Assembly (NCBI RefSeq): GCF_009914755.1
Contig: NC_060935.1
DNA length: 64,000 nt
Strand: one strand, 5' to 3'
From: the human T2T-CHM13v2.0 reference genome, Homo sapiens
Both the position numbers and the translations under genes were made by a program. This document shows, one piece after another, positions 62,280 to 64,000 of this stretch. The stretch's first letter is position 1. Each line of letters opens with the position of its first letter. A model generated the notes under the pieces. It did not search any database. It worked only from the letters and a program-made list of their open reading frames with translations, and was not told the DNA's origin.

Positions 62280-63680
62280 CAATATTCTCAAGTAGATTTT
62301 TAAAAAAGATATTACATCTATGAGACAGGAATAGACCGCCATAAAAAAAAAGGAATAATCAGGGAACAGAAAGTAGAGCCAAAGGACCAAAAAAAAAGAG
62401 CAAAGTGAAAAAAATAAAATGAAAGGATCCATCCAGCAATTCCAATATCTTAATCCAGAAAGAGATTAAAGAGAGAAGGAAAAAAAATCAAAGTAATAAT
62501 GTAACAGAATTTCTCAAAATTGAAGAACATTTGTTTCCAGATTTGAAGAATTCACTGAATGCCCAATACAACAAATGCAAACAGACCTAAGTCAAGATAT
62601 ATCACTGAAAAGTTTTTAGAACATTTGAGAATAATAGGAAGATTCTAAAAGCTTCCCCAGATTAAAAAAAAATGGGGGTGAAGGCAATCACATTCAATTG
62701 GAATCACATCTGACTACTCAGTAGTAACATCATAAGCTAGCTAGAGGGAAATGGAGCATAGCATTCCAACTTCTGAAGGAAAACACACCCAACTTGGAAT
62801 TCTATACCTAACCAAAATATCAATCAAATGAAACAGTAAAATAAATACATTTTAATATGCATAAAAGCTCAATGTGTACTTCCCATGTGCCCTTTCTTAG
62901 AAAGCACTGGAGAAATGCTCCACCAAAATTAAGGAATAAACTTAGAAAGAAGGAGACATGGGATTCAGGAAACCAGGAATTCAGCAAAGGAGAGAGGAAC
63001 TCCCAAGAGGATGCCAAAAGGAAGTTCCAGTATCACAGTTTTGCACTGGGCCTAGAGAGCTACCAGTCCAAATTGGGTCAAGAAGATAGAAGGCACCAGG
63101 AACAGCTGTCCCCAAGGACAAAAGAAACAGTGAAACTGATTGATAATCTGAAAAGGATGCAGAATTGGACAAAGAGACATTATTGAGAGCTGTAGGGAGG
63201 GTGAGAAAACTTAGCCACAGATGTGAAGAAAGCCAAGCAGATGAAAAAAAAAAAAAAGGCAACTAACTCCAGTTAACATAATAATCATAAAAGAAACAAA
63301 AGTATAGTATACCATTTTGCCTTGGCAGTGAATAATACATGCAAAGGCATAATAATAAAAATGTGAATATGGTGGAGAATGTATTATAACTCTCTGAAGA
63401 TATGCGTGGAGTGAGGAGAAATTATCTGTATGAAGGATTATGTAAAAGAGCTAAATTCTCACTTTTCATAGTTGTGAAAAAATAGTATCTAAAATTGAAA
63501 AAATTAATAGTGCTATAAGCATGTCATTTAGAAATATGAAGGCAAATACCAAATGGAATTACCAAAAGAGTTCAAAATATTTGCCTCTTGAAAAAGGAAA
63601 TTGTAGCAAGATATAAGGCAAAAATTTATTTCGTATTATGTTTTATTTGATTATTTAAGGTAATGCATAATAAAAATAAA
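62280..63680 (+). mobile_element. HAL1 or ancient L1 ORF1-like fossil
   Basis: A-rich degenerate ORF1-like sequence (gaatttctcaaaattgaaga..., aacttggaattctatacc). Confidence 0.5.
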
Positions 63681-64000
63681 TGTAAATTTCCAAAAAGAAA
63701 AAGTCATAGTCTCCACCAAATACTAATTTTTATTAAGACAAATATCCAACAAAGTCATCGATAATATTTATTGTTTTTTAAAGTCATGTATTTTCCTGCT
63801 CTGTAGTTGATTTCAAGCTCTTTATCTTTAATGCCAATCATCCCTATGACAGAGGACATAGCAGTTTTAGATTCTAAATTTTTAATGACTGGGCAAGACT
63901 ATGAAGAAAGTGAATTTTCTGAAAAGTCCTTTGAAATTTCATGGTCAAAATGAGAGAGAACCTTTTGGTTAAAGACTATTGACCCACAAGAAATTGGTTT

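Overview
This is mammalian, almost certainly human or great-ape, genomic DNA (AluY, L1PA and MER elements). It contains the complete SLC36A4 gene (proton-coupled amino acid transporter 4, PAT4) on the minus strand. I reconstructed 11 coding exons by hand: 58589-58643, 46495-46618, 45234-45324, 43610-43698, 42495-42590, 41601-41685, 28747-28974, 26721-26819, 23493-23662, 14895-15064 and 9324-9631. All introns are GT-AG and phase-compatible, giving 1515 nt (504 aa plus stop). The gene has a CpG-island promoter near 58.3-59.0 kb and a probable ~4.4 kb 3' UTR ending near 4.96 kb. The rest is mostly interspersed repeats. I found no new protein-coding system. The most interesting structure is in intron 6: an apparently full-length L1 that is a chimera of a young L1PA2-like 3' part (ORF2 colinear, only two nonsense changes) and an older, decayed 5' part. 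It lacks a TSD and sits inside a TSD-flanked, 5'-inverted L1PB-like element that has lost ~1.5 kb, which is the signature of an L1-mediated deletion or recombination. Other leads: a candidate poison exon in intron 9, a long hairpin split by an L1 insertion, templated inverted-repeat insertions, all 8 Alus co-oriented with the gene, and a pogo/Tigger transposase fossil. Repeat subfamily calls are from recalled consensus sequences and need RepeatMasker/Dfam confirmation.
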